This document shows positions 8,756 to 17,606 of a DNA stretch of 64,000 nucleotides, in pieces. The DNA is from a virus (lineage: Duplodnaviria > Heunggongvirae > Uroviricota > Caudoviricetes). A program made the translations under genes and the position numbers. The first letter of the stretch is position 1. Every line of letters begins with the position of its first letter. The stretch spans positions 23,562-87,561 of the IMG/VR virus record IMGVR_UViG_3300046779_000230, one strand, 5' to 3'. The notes beneath the pieces are model-generated. The model was not told the origin of the DNA and did no database searches. It saw only the letters and a program-made list of their open reading frames with translations.

Positions 8756-9361
8756 TTACCTAATAGAATTCTCCAAGAAGGCAAGAACTTTCGCTTGTTC
8801 CTCTAAGTTAGTGTTGTTAAACTCAGTAATATAGGACATCAGTTCAAAATTTGATAGCAAGTTACTATATTTAGTTTCTCTGCCTCTTAGGAATTGTTCG
8901 GACTGGTCTGAGCCACGATCCTTGTAGCGTTGCTCCAGTAGTTCTTTTGGAGCCTTGAGATACACAACAATCAACTCAGTGTTTGGCAAGTTCATACAGA
9001 ACTCCAAGAAAGATTGATTAAAGACTCGGTCACCTTCGAACAGGATGTTACAGTTGTTAGAAGCGATCCACTCTTGTAGTGGTGGTTGAACTGCCATGGA
9101 CAAGCGATCTGTACCAGCGAATAATTCACCTTCGTTGTACTTACCAAGGATGTACAAGTCATGCTCTTTATTATAGAGAGCAGACACTAACTTAGCAGGT
9201 TCAGTACCGATAAATTCTTTACCTTCCATGAACTTACGGAATAGCGTAGTCTTGCCTGTACCTGGACTTCCACCAACGGCAATGATCTTTCTAGTCTTGA
9301 CTTCGTTCTTGATCAACTTAACTTCGATTCGATCTGAAATACCAAATTTATCAATTAACAT
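8756..9361 (-). CDS. P-loop kinase-like NTPase (candidate DNA or nucleotide kinase of the modification cassette)
   Basis: The 201-aa product has the Walker A motif AVGGSPGTGKTTLF. Its start overlaps the upstream radical SAM gene by 7 nt. Confidence 0.55.
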   Translation of the reverse strand: MLIDKFGISDRIEVKLIKNEVKTRKIIAVGGSPGTGKTTLFRKFMEGKEFIGTEPAKLVSALYNKEHDLYILGKYNEGELFAGTDRLSMAVQPPLQEWIASNNCNILFEGDRVFNQSFLEFCMNLPNTELIVVYLKAPKELLEQRYKDRGSDQSEQFLRGRETKYSNLLSNFELMSYITEFNNTNLEEQAKVLAFLENSIR

Positions 9362-10785
9362 CTTACACCTATCATTCTCTTGTATTGTTGGAGTTTCATC
9401 TTGTTGATGGACGAAACATTGTATTTAGACTCTAGTTCATTATATCTCAGCTTTAAGATTTCGTCAATCTTAATTCCTAGATTTGCAACTGTCATGATTT
9501 GAAATTCTGCAATCTTGTTTATTGGGTCTCTACGAGACATTATAGAATTAGCGTACATGGAACATATAGTATAGTTAAGGTTCTGACTCTTTAATGTCCA
9601 TGTATTGTTGTCTGTTATTTCATATCCATAAATTTCTGGATTTAAACTAAATTCAGAACCATAGTCACCCTTGTTCTTTTTGAATAACATTAGTGGATAA
9701 ACACTTATATGGTCAACAGGATTATTTTTATCCATAATCCAATCATTGGTTTCTTCAAAATACTCTACGGTGTCATAAGGTAATCCATAGATCAAACCAA
9801 TACCTATGTTTACTTTACCATTCCACTTTTCTTTTAACCAAGACAATCTATCTTTGACTTTGTTCGGCGCGAGACTTTTACCAATGGCAATACCACTTTG
9901 CTTATTGAGCGTTTCAACTCCAAAGAAAGTGCCAACTAATCCAGCTTCTCGTAGCAAGTCAGCTTGATGTGGATACTTGTTTAACAAGTCTAGTCTAAGG
10001 TAACAAGAAAAGTTAATCTTGAAAGGCAGAGATGTGAACAGTTTGTGTATTGCTTCAATCTTGTCGTTGTCATCATTGAAGGTATCATCTGTTATGTAGT
10101 AGTTGGTACATCCAGTTGCTTCCCAAGTTTTTATCATGTCATCTCTGACTTCTTCGATGTCTCTTAAGTAAGTACCTTTCTTTTTACCAATCAAAGAATA
10201 CCCACAGAATTTACATTTGAAGATACACCCACGCGCCAACTCCAGCGGTAGAGACTCTCCGTCAAGAATAGAAAAGTCTTTTCTCCACCAATGAGTCTTG
10301 ATGTTATCCATCTTTGGCTCTGGGAATTGTTTGGAATCAAAAATCTTTGGTTGCTGTACACCATCTGCCACACCCTTTGTGTATTCAATGATAGCATCAT
10401 CTGCGTATCCTAGGATGTAAGTATCAATGCGATCATCAGAAGCCCACAAGGATCTAACACCACCATAGATCAACTGCACATTAAACTGTTTGATGTATTG
10501 AAATAGTTTGTCTACATCTGCTGGTGTCATGTGTGGAAATAGCGTTTGGTCTCCCCAGAAAAAGGTAGAAGAAAAACCAACCCATAATGTATTGTCACTG
10601 ATGTGAACACTCAATGCTTGTATGATTTCATCAACAGTAAAGTATTGAGTAAAGTCAATAACTCTAGATGTATAACCAGCGTTTTCAAGAGCAGAAGCTA
10701 TTCTGTAAGAACCCAAGTTTCTTTGGATCTGAGAATAGGTTTCTGGAGACGTTGGTCCAGCAGCAATAATAATGCAATCAATCAT
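9355..10785 (-). CDS. radical SAM enzyme with an N-terminal B12-binding-like (class B-type) domain
   Basis: ELARGCIFKCKFCGYS carries the CxxxCxxC motif. It follows a Rossmann-like N-terminal domain (MIDCIIIAAGP...LGSYRIASALENAGY). Confidence 0.8.
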   Translation of the reverse strand: MIDCIIIAAGPTSPETYSQIQRNLGSYRIASALENAGYTSRVIDFTQYFTVDEIIQALSVHISDNTLWVGFSSTFFWGDQTLFPHMTPADVDKLFQYIKQFNVQLIYGGVRSLWASDDRIDTYILGYADDAIIEYTKGVADGVQQPKIFDSKQFPEPKMDNIKTHWWRKDFSILDGESLPLELARGCIFKCKFCGYSLIGKKKGTYLRDIEEVRDDMIKTWEATGCTNYYITDDTFNDDNDKIEAIHKLFTSLPFKINFSCYLRLDLLNKYPHQADLLREAGLVGTFFGVETLNKQSGIAIGKSLAPNKVKDRLSWLKEKWNGKVNIGIGLIYGLPYDTVEYFEETNDWIMDKNNPVDHISVYPLMLFKKNKGDYGSEFSLNPEIYGYEITDNNTWTLKSQNLNYTICSMYANSIMSRRDPINKIAEFQIMTVANLGIKIDEILKLRYNELESKYNVSSINKMKLQQYKRMIGVRC

Positions 10786-11804
10786 TAAAAGAATTCTTCT
10801 AAACCAACTTGAACAGGTTTCTCATCATCAAACAACCACTCTAGGTTTTCCATCTTGCCACTACGTAAGAACAATGGAAACTTTTCTTTGTCAATACCAC
10901 GCTTGGAATCTAGACGCAAGTCAATAGTTTCGTTACGGGCTTGCCACATAACATTCCAATCAATACCATGCCAACCGTCGCCTTCGCATTTGATAATCTC
11001 TTCAGCTTGGCGATCAAGGTAGTAACCAAGATAACGCCCATGATTTTCTCTAAAGATTTTCTTAAAAGAACACAGGCATGTTTCCATGGTAAAGAAATCA
11101 ATTTGGTCTGTTAGATCTGGGAATCTTCTTCGCGTTTCTTCCAGAATGTCTCTGGCTTGTACTTCAAGAGATCCATACTCGCTTCCAGTGAGTTTTCTAT
11201 CATAATCGTCATCCTTGCCAAGGGCAAGTAGTAATCCATTACGATGAGAACGGGAACCATCATAATCGTCCAACATGAGAGAAGTAGGAGTAACAAGCAC
11301 ACCAGCAGTATGTTTAAGGTGCTGAAGATAAAACCAAGTGCTGTAACGCCCAAACTTATGCAAGCTGTTTTTAAGTACTGACCACAACGCATCAAAGTTT
11401 TGCGTCTCATTATCTCCGTAGTACGATTCGAGTGTTTCACGTTGATCTTTCTTTCCAATAAACTTTTGATACGATTCGAACATGGCAGGCAAGTGACCTT
11501 TGTTCCACTTTGTATCAGTTTGATATCTTAATCGCTTGTAGTTAGCAGTATTCCACTGCTCCATTCTATCAACAGTAGCCAACTCAAAGTCAGGAAACTC
11601 ATTCATTAGAATCCAAGCTGTTGGTAGATAGTATGTGTTACCATATAACCAACACAACCACAATCGTTGTTCATCGTTGTGTTCGTATCGCTCGTTCATG
11701 TAGTTGGTAGCCCAAACAGCTGGATCGCAGTCGTCATACTTTAACGACCATGCATACCAACGAATAAAGGCTTCACGTCGATTTTGTTTTAATCTATAAT
11801 CCAT
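10785..11804 (-). CDS. conserved hypothetical, predicted all-alpha, Trp/Tyr/Arg-rich protein; positional candidate for an aGPT-Pplase-like transferase
   Basis: The 339-aa ORF overlaps both neighbours by 1 nt. The functional guess rests only on its position within the cassette. I cannot verify any family motif from memory. Confidence 0.35.
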   Translation of the reverse strand: MDYRLKQNRREAFIRWYAWSLKYDDCDPAVWATNYMNERYEHNDEQRLWLCWLYGNTYYLPTAWILMNEFPDFELATVDRMEQWNTANYKRLRYQTDTKWNKGHLPAMFESYQKFIGKKDQRETLESYYGDNETQNFDALWSVLKNSLHKFGRYSTWFYLQHLKHTAGVLVTPTSLMLDDYDGSRSHRNGLLLALGKDDDYDRKLTGSEYGSLEVQARDILEETRRRFPDLTDQIDFFTMETCLCSFKKIFRENHGRYLGYYLDRQAEEIIKCEGDGWHGIDWNVMWQARNETIDLRLDSKRGIDKEKFPLFLRSGKMENLEWLFDDEKPVQVGLEEFF

Positions 11805-12445
11805 TATTTTAAAAAGTCTTCAAGAGATGGCTGATCCATCAGTGCATCTCGTAGCCATGCTTTACCAACTGTATCAATAGCAGCTTGAGTCTTTGCTTTC
11901 TTTTTGTCACCCCAAGTGTAAGACTCTAAACCTTCGCGACGGAATTGTTCACGAGCTTTTTGTGGTGGTAATGCTTGTAGTGGATTTACGATGGCGTTGT
12001 CTCTGTAAGCAATTTGCTCGGCACGTGTAGCGAATAGTGGTTGGTCACTGCGGAGTGAACCTGTTGGATCAACTGCCCAGAAGACCAAACCATTGCGTAT
12101 GTGCCAGCTGACAGAGGTTGGTGTACAAGAGATTTTAAGTCGTTGGACTTTTCGTTCTTCAACTGCATATTTGATCCAAGAGTCCCAGCACTTTGACGCA
12201 TATCCCTTTCCTTCTTTACCTTCAACTGTAACGATTTCATACAGGTTTGCATAGCCATCTCGATTGAATGTGGCAAAGATTAAAGAGACAACTTCACCGT
12301 TGTCTTCGAATGCCATTGGCAGATTCTTTTCATAATTATGAAAGCGAGTCCATAATGAATGTGCAGCCGATAAGAACTTGGTGTTCTTACCAGCTGGACT
12401 TGAATCAATAATTTGTTGAACTTTAGTTGAGTTAATGAATATCAT
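11804..12445 (-). CDS. GNAT-fold N-acetyltransferase-like protein
   Basis: VTVEGKEGKGYASKCWDSWIKYA matches the acetyl-CoA loop pattern (Q/R-x-x-G-x-G/A). It is followed by RLKISCTPTSVSWHIRNGLVFW. Confidence 0.5.
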   Translation of the reverse strand: MIFINSTKVQQIIDSSPAGKNTKFLSAAHSLWTRFHNYEKNLPMAFEDNGEVVSLIFATFNRDGYANLYEIVTVEGKEGKGYASKCWDSWIKYAVEERKVQRLKISCTPTSVSWHIRNGLVFWAVDPTGSLRSDQPLFATRAEQIAYRDNAIVNPLQALPPQKAREQFRREGLESYTWGDKKKAKTQAAIDTVGKAWLRDALMDQPSLEDFLK

Positions 12446-13142
12446 GTTGATAATCTACAGCGCTTTTAATAGAGACTGCACGCAATTCCATTTTCAAGTC
12501 GCCATCAAGTTTAATGTATGTATTCATTGGAACTTCCATAGTTGGAAGAAACAATCCAGCACGTTGTGGAATATCGGCAGTAGAAGTAATTATACTACCA
12601 TTAGTCATTGTAGTCAAATATAATGGTCGTTTGCCATTACGGTAAACAGTTACCTCTTTGGTAGATGCAATAAGTTGACAAACAGCCATGGACATATTAC
12701 TGAACTCTTCTAGTGGACTTTTTGCGTGTAGCACCAATTCACTGTCGTTCTTTGTTTCAGTTTTATAACCGTACAACTCTTGCCACTTTTCTGGCAGTTC
12801 TTGGGTAATAACACCATTGTGAACAATAGCAACATTATCGTTACCCAACGGTTGGTTATATTCCAAGTCGCTAGTTGAATAACGGCAGTGTCCAATCATA
12901 TACAAGTTTCCATCTTCATTCAAGAATGATTTGAAGTTATCATTATGCATGTGTTTCTCAACGAATTGATCAGCTGGGATCGCTTCTTTGATTGTAACAA
13001 GGTTACCTTTATTCCAAGCAGGAATAAAAGAAATACCAGTGGCGTGCAAACCACGAATCTTTGATTCAACGAATACACGTTTTAAGGATTCAAAATCCTT
13101 CAGAGAAGGATTCTGTATAACTGCTCCGATAACGGCACACAT
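12432..13142 (-). CDS. stand-alone class-II (Ntn) glutamine amidotransferase domain
   Basis: The protein starts MCAVIGA, giving the nucleophile Cys2. It also has IGHCRYSTSD..NQP, VHNGVITQ and KNDSELV. At 236 aa it has no fused synthase domain. Confidence 0.8.
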   Translation of the reverse strand: MCAVIGAVIQNPSLKDFESLKRVFVESKIRGLHATGISFIPAWNKGNLVTIKEAIPADQFVEKHMHNDNFKSFLNEDGNLYMIGHCRYSTSDLEYNQPLGNDNVAIVHNGVITQELPEKWQELYGYKTETKNDSELVLHAKSPLEEFSNMSMAVCQLIASTKEVTVYRNGKRPLYLTTMTNGSIITSTADIPQRAGLFLPTMEVPMNTYIKLDGDLKMELRAVSIKSAVDYQHDIH

Positions 13143-14536
13143 TAGAAGAAACTTTCAAGTGAATTAGATTTATCTGACTCTGGGTGATACTTCAACAACA
13201 CTTCTGCGCCAAGTTTTTTCTCGCAGTAGTCATACCACTCTTGACTTTCCCACATACCAGCAGAAACACCATTCCAAAGATGACGCTCAGAGCCGTCTTC
13301 GTTTCGGTGACCTGCATGCTCTTTGTTCAAACGACGAGATTCAACAAACTCATAACGGCAGTCTTCATACTCTTTTGAACCAAGTTCAAGCATCTTTTCA
13401 CGGAAATAACAAACCAGTGAAATACGTTCGGCTTCTTCATCCAACAATTCAATTGGAGTGTTACCGTGCATAACTTCGTGGTTGTTGATCAACAGCAAGT
13501 CGCCTGGACGTACATTGACAGCAACGCGATACTCTGGAGCAATTAGATAACCACCCTTGTAATTGCCGTTGTTAGAAAGAACCAACAAGTTAGAAAGACC
13601 ACTATTCAAGTCGCCTGCATCAAAGTGTGCTGCAGTACGGAATGTTTTGTTAACAGTGATTGTAGTGAATGGAGTTTCTGGAACCAAGAATTGTGGATCA
13701 AGTTTCTTGGCAGCTTCCATTTGATTATTGTAACGCCATGGCATCAACTCTTTAAAACCTTTGGCAAGAGTCTGTAGGAATGGGAATGCCATCTCAAACT
13801 TCTCACGATTCTTTTCAGTATAAGAAGTTGCACGACCATAAGGGATACGTGGGTAACGATCAAACCAACCAGCAATACCAGAGAACACACCGTTGGCATA
13901 AGTTGTTTGACAAACATATTTCTGCACAACACGCTTGGCTTCGGCACGTTGTTCATCCAAACTCAATTTACGAGTACGCTCAACCCACTCATCAAAAGTG
14001 AAATTGTCCTTTTTAACCGCCTGAATACTCCAAACATTGTTCTTATTAGAAGGCTGTTCTTTCTTGTTGGCGTGTTGACGCTTTAGTTCTTCGATTGGAT
14101 CTTCACCAAAGATGTTGGCTTTGGGATTAGAAAAGTAATCAATCACATCGTACTCATACTCAGTGACCCACTCTCTGTTACCCAACTTGTCTTTTCGTGG
14201 ACCAGCTGCGATGCCACGGTTTTGAGTCTCAACAGCTGCTTCACGTAGCCCAACATATGCAGCCAACTGTTCTTCTTTTGAGAAGAAGTTCTTACGGAAC
14301 TTAAATGCAATACGCATTTCATCCGTACCTTTAGGGCAGCTGGAGCAGTCTTTGTCTGTGTCGCAAGATGCTTGTTGAGCGATATCGCAGTTTACTGGCA
14401 TGTAAACGTCGGCGTCATAATCAACTAGAATATCGTAATGTGATTCGTCTACAAACTGACCCAGAAGATGAGAACAGTCGTGCTTTTTATCAGCCACGAT
14501 AATTTTAACATTTCTACCTTCATCTATTTTACTCAT
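13142..14536 (-). CDS. 2OG-Fe(II) dioxygenase of the TET/JBP family
   Basis: FRTAAHFDAGDLNSGLSNLLVL (HxD..[ND].N.G), KGGYLIAPE, HEVMHGNTP and ERISLVCYF align with the catalytic-core strands of metazoan TET as I recall them (AHxHRDxHNxxNG; GGVAVAP; HATTP; RISLVFY). There is an N-terminal Cys cluster, NCDIAQQASCDTDKDCSSC. Confidence 0.75.
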   Translation of the reverse strand: MSKIDEGRNVKIIVADKKHDCSHLLGQFVDESHYDILVDYDADVYMPVNCDIAQQASCDTDKDCSSCPKGTDEMRIAFKFRKNFFSKEEQLAAYVGLREAAVETQNRGIAAGPRKDKLGNREWVTEYEYDVIDYFSNPKANIFGEDPIEELKRQHANKKEQPSNKNNVWSIQAVKKDNFTFDEWVERTRKLSLDEQRAEAKRVVQKYVCQTTYANGVFSGIAGWFDRYPRIPYGRATSYTEKNREKFEMAFPFLQTLAKGFKELMPWRYNNQMEAAKKLDPQFLVPETPFTTITVNKTFRTAAHFDAGDLNSGLSNLLVLSNNGNYKGGYLIAPEYRVAVNVRPGDLLLINNHEVMHGNTPIELLDEEAERISLVCYFREKMLELGSKEYEDCRYEFVESRRLNKEHAGHRNEDGSERHLWNGVSAGMWESQEWYDYCEKKLGAEVLLKYHPESDKSNSLESFF

Positions 14537-14547
14537 TTATCTTCTCC

Positions 14548-15954
14548 TTAAAACTTGAAACTGTCGTAATTGTCTTCTCTATGTATTCGTTTACCAAAAG
14601 AGCTTTTATCAAAAACAGGTCCATCATCCTTTTCCTGTCCAGAATCTGACAATCCTTGCTGTGCAGATTCTTCAACATCATATAACTTCATCTTGGAACG
14701 ATCGATACCAACTACGAATCGTTTATAGAAGCTAGGGTCATTATAACGGTTCTTCAATTGCTTGACGATAATCTGATTCAAGGCTTCTAACTCTTCGTTT
14801 GATACCAACGCAAACATAAAGTCGGCAGTGGCAGGTAGACCAAACGATTCAGATGTATCTTCAAGACCTGGGTCTGAATTGGAATAACCAGAACGAGTAG
14901 TTTGTGTAGCCGAAAGAATCGGAACATTATACTCAACAGCTAATCCACGTAGTTCTTCTGCAATGCTCTTGATATATGTATAAGAGTTTACAGAACCACC
15001 TTGCTTCATACGCTGAGACGCACAAATGTTCAAATAGTCAATCATAATAATATCAGGGGCGAAATCTCGTTTAAGTTTCAGTTCTTCCAACAGCGCTCTA
15101 AAGTGACCAGCATGAGCACTTGCAGTTGGATATTCTTTGATGATCAGTTTACCTTTGGTCTTGTTGGCAATCTTTTGAAGACGATTATCAAAGATGTCTT
15201 TATCAACAACCTTCAATTCATCCATTGTCAAGTTCAACAAGTTGGCATCGATACGTTCAGCGATACGTTCTTCAGCCATTTCCATGGTAATGTAAAGCAC
15301 ATTACGCCCTTGGGTCAAACATCCAGCAGCCACGTGACACATGAACAATGATTTACCAACACCAGTACCAGCCAGTGCAATGTTTAGAGTTTTCTTGGAC
15401 AGACCACCTTTAGTGATCTTATTGAACATCTCTAAGTCAAAGGCAATCTTTTCTTCAACGCGATGGTAGTAATCAAAACGTGCATCATGATCTCCCAAGT
15501 AATCGTGACCAACGTGACTGTCAAAACAAACAGACAACGCTTCTGAAAGGATACTTGGGATAGCGTCTTGTGTGTGTTGCTTGTCTCTGCCGTCAATAAT
15601 TTTGATTGAATCAACAATCGCGTTATAGACAGCTTTGTCTTTACAAAACTTTTCTGTGTTAGTGACTAACCAATCACTGTTGATTGGAGCTTGTGCTAAT
15701 CCATCAATGACTTCGTTAATCTCAACCAATTCTTTATCGATAAGATCAGTACGGTTACTGACCTCAATGGACAAGATTTCTTTGGTTGCTGGTTTATTAT
15801 ATTTGTTAAAGAATTCGATAATCTCTGAAATGATCACCGACTCTTTTCTGTCGGCAAAGTAACTCTTCTTAAGGAATGGAATTACTTTGCGACAGTACTG
15901 TTCATCATAAATTAAATTTGCTAGAATCGTCTGTTCAATTCTCATCAATACCAC
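14548..15954 (-). CDS. gp41: replicative DnaB-like helicase (T4 gp41 homolog)
   Basis: It has the Walker A motif LAGTGVGKS, NVLYITMEMAEERIAERIDANLL and SAIAEELRGLAVE, which closely parallel T4 gp41. The start may instead be the ATG at 15945. Confidence 0.93.
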   Translation of the reverse strand: MVLMRIEQTILANLIYDEQYCRKVIPFLKKSYFADRKESVIISEIIEFFNKYNKPATKEILSIEVSNRTDLIDKELVEINEVIDGLAQAPINSDWLVTNTEKFCKDKAVYNAIVDSIKIIDGRDKQHTQDAIPSILSEALSVCFDSHVGHDYLGDHDARFDYYHRVEEKIAFDLEMFNKITKGGLSKKTLNIALAGTGVGKSLFMCHVAAGCLTQGRNVLYITMEMAEERIAERIDANLLNLTMDELKVVDKDIFDNRLQKIANKTKGKLIIKEYPTASAHAGHFRALLEELKLKRDFAPDIIMIDYLNICASQRMKQGGSVNSYTYIKSIAEELRGLAVEYNVPILSATQTTRSGYSNSDPGLEDTSESFGLPATADFMFALVSNEELEALNQIIVKQLKNRYNDPSFYKRFVVGIDRSKMKLYDVEESAQQGLSDSGQEKDDGPVFDKSSFGKRIHREDNYDSFKF

Positions 15955-16237
15955 CAGTATATGAAATACTATTATTCTGTAATTCTTCGAGAATAATAAA
16001 TTTCAGTAGTTCACCGATGTACATTTCAAATTCTTCGGTCTTATAAGTGACGCCAGCATCTTCATGTACATCATACTCAAAGTTCATCTTGCAAGTGTCA
16101 TCAACACCATCGTTGATTTCCTCAAATGAAACTTTCCCATAAGAGAAAATTATACCTGAGAATGGACCAGAGGTCAACTTAACTGCCTCTACTCCACTCT
16201 TGCGAGACTCTACAACAATGTAAGGTTTGTCACTCAT
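15935..16237 (-). CDS. hypothetical acidic protein
   Basis: The 100-aa ORF overlaps both neighbours. No motif was recognised. Confidence 0.45.
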   Translation of the reverse strand: MSDKPYIVVESRKSGVEAVKLTSGPFSGIIFSYGKVSFEEINDGVDDTCKMNFEYDVHEDAGVTYKTEEFEMYIGELLKFIILEELQNNSISYTGGIDEN

Positions 16238-17300
16238 CGAATTCTAGTTCTTCTAATGCTTTGTCAAGGTCTTCGCTTTGTACCATATCGACTGTGCCGA
16301 TAGAGTATTTGTCCTTCACAAAATCATAGAAAGACTTTTGCTGCAAGATAGGTAGCCAGAAGTCTTTGGTATCTGTATCCTTGATGCGATACTTCTTGTC
16401 TTCAATGACACCAGTTTCTAAATCTACCTTTGAATACCAACCATTGCTAGGCTTGACAACATGTCCTGACTCGAGTGCAAGATCAAGTAGACCGCTCCAC
16501 TTGCTAATGCCACCGTCAAAAGATACGGAAACAGGGATCTTAGATTTTTCTTTAACATGACGAGATTTTTCAACGTTGATAATAAAGTTGTAACCTACAA
16601 CTTCAGTGCCTTCTTTTTCTTGCTGGCGACCAAGGATATAAATGTTATCAGCAGAGTAGTATGAACCAGTGCCACCACCAACGATGTCTTTAGGATACAA
16701 ACCAATTTCTTTGTAGGTGTGGTTAACAACTACCATTGGAATGTCTTTAAGTGTCAAGTGTGGAGTAATCATTCGGAACAATGACTTCAACTGCTTGGCA
16801 CGACTCATGTCTGCAACAGACTTACCATCTAGGGCATCTTCAACTTCTTTCTTAGAAGCCAAGTTACCAATAGAGTCGATGATAATGATAACGTGTTCAC
16901 CACGTTCGATGTTTTGCAGCTGCTGCATGCAGTCAAACTTTAATTGTTCAATGTCGGTAATAGGAACATGAACAACTCTTTTAGTATTAATCCCAAAAGC
17001 GTCAAAGTAAGACTGAGGAGTACCAAACTCAGAATCATAAAAGAGAACAACAGCATCATCATATTTGTCCTGATATGCTTTTGCCATTAGCAAAGAGAAT
17101 GCAGTCTTAAAGTGCTTTGATGGACCAGCCCACATAGTAAGACCTGGAGTTAGACCACCATCAAGGCGACCAGCCAGCGCGACGTTAATGACTGGGATTG
17201 AAGTAGGAATCATATCCTTCTTCTTAAAGAACTTGGAATCCGATAGGATAGAAGTATCTTTGATTGTAGAATTCTTTCGGATTTTATCTAGAATACTCAT
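16230..17300 (-). CDS. uvsX: RecA-like recombinase UvsX
   Basis: It has the Walker A motif WAGPSKHFKT (T4 has GPSKSFKS), a size of 356 aa, and the expected position next to gp41. Confidence 0.9.
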   Translation of the reverse strand: MSILDKIRKNSTIKDTSILSDSKFFKKKDMIPTSIPVINVALAGRLDGGLTPGLTMWAGPSKHFKTAFSLLMAKAYQDKYDDAVVLFYDSEFGTPQSYFDAFGINTKRVVHVPITDIEQLKFDCMQQLQNIERGEHVIIIIDSIGNLASKKEVEDALDGKSVADMSRAKQLKSLFRMITPHLTLKDIPMVVVNHTYKEIGLYPKDIVGGGTGSYYSADNIYILGRQQEKEGTEVVGYNFIINVEKSRHVKEKSKIPVSVSFDGGISKWSGLLDLALESGHVVKPSNGWYSKVDLETGVIEDKKYRIKDTDTKDFWLPILQQKSFYDFVKDKYSIGTVDMVQSEDLDKALEELEFDE

Positions 17301-17554
17301 TATTCACCTTTAATGAAAGTCAGTAGAGCTTGTTCGTTCATATATCCAGAACGAGAGCGAATAGTTGCACCAGTGTCATCAACGATAACTACCATTGGTA
17401 CACCGCGAACATTATATTGTTTGGCGACTTCCATGTTCTGGTCGATGTCAATGTCTTCGATTGTGATATCAATCTTGTCGCCAGCTTCTTGAATGACACG
17501 TGACAGCATCTTGCAAGGTTGGCACCATTCGGCGTAAAATTTTAACATTTTCAT
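17300..17554 (-). CDS. trx: thioredoxin
   Basis: The 84-aa product contains the WCQPCK active site. Confidence 0.85.
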   Translation of the reverse strand: MKMLKFYAEWCQPCKMLSRVIQEAGDKIDITIEDIDIDQNMEVAKQYNVRGVPMVVIVDDTGATIRSRSGYMNEQALLTFIKGE

Positions 17555-17577
17555 ATATTTTCTCCTAGTATTTTAGT

Positions 17578-17606
17578 ATTATACAGTATATTTTATTGTA
17601 AGGCAA
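17578..17606 (-). promoter_or_regulatory. sigma70-type early promoter TTGCCT-17-TATAAT
   Basis: The minus strand reads TTGCCTTACAATAAAATATACTGTATAAT, ending 23 nt upstream of the thioredoxin ATG. Confidence 0.55.

Noticed and set aside
11111-11458. Nested alternative-frame minus-strand ORFs, for example 11111-11458, 11986-12276, 36855-37232, 38580-38978, 40933-41154, 45756-46007 and 53217-53498.
   Set aside because: All are fully contained in longer ORFs with recognisable motifs. Nothing supports overprinting.
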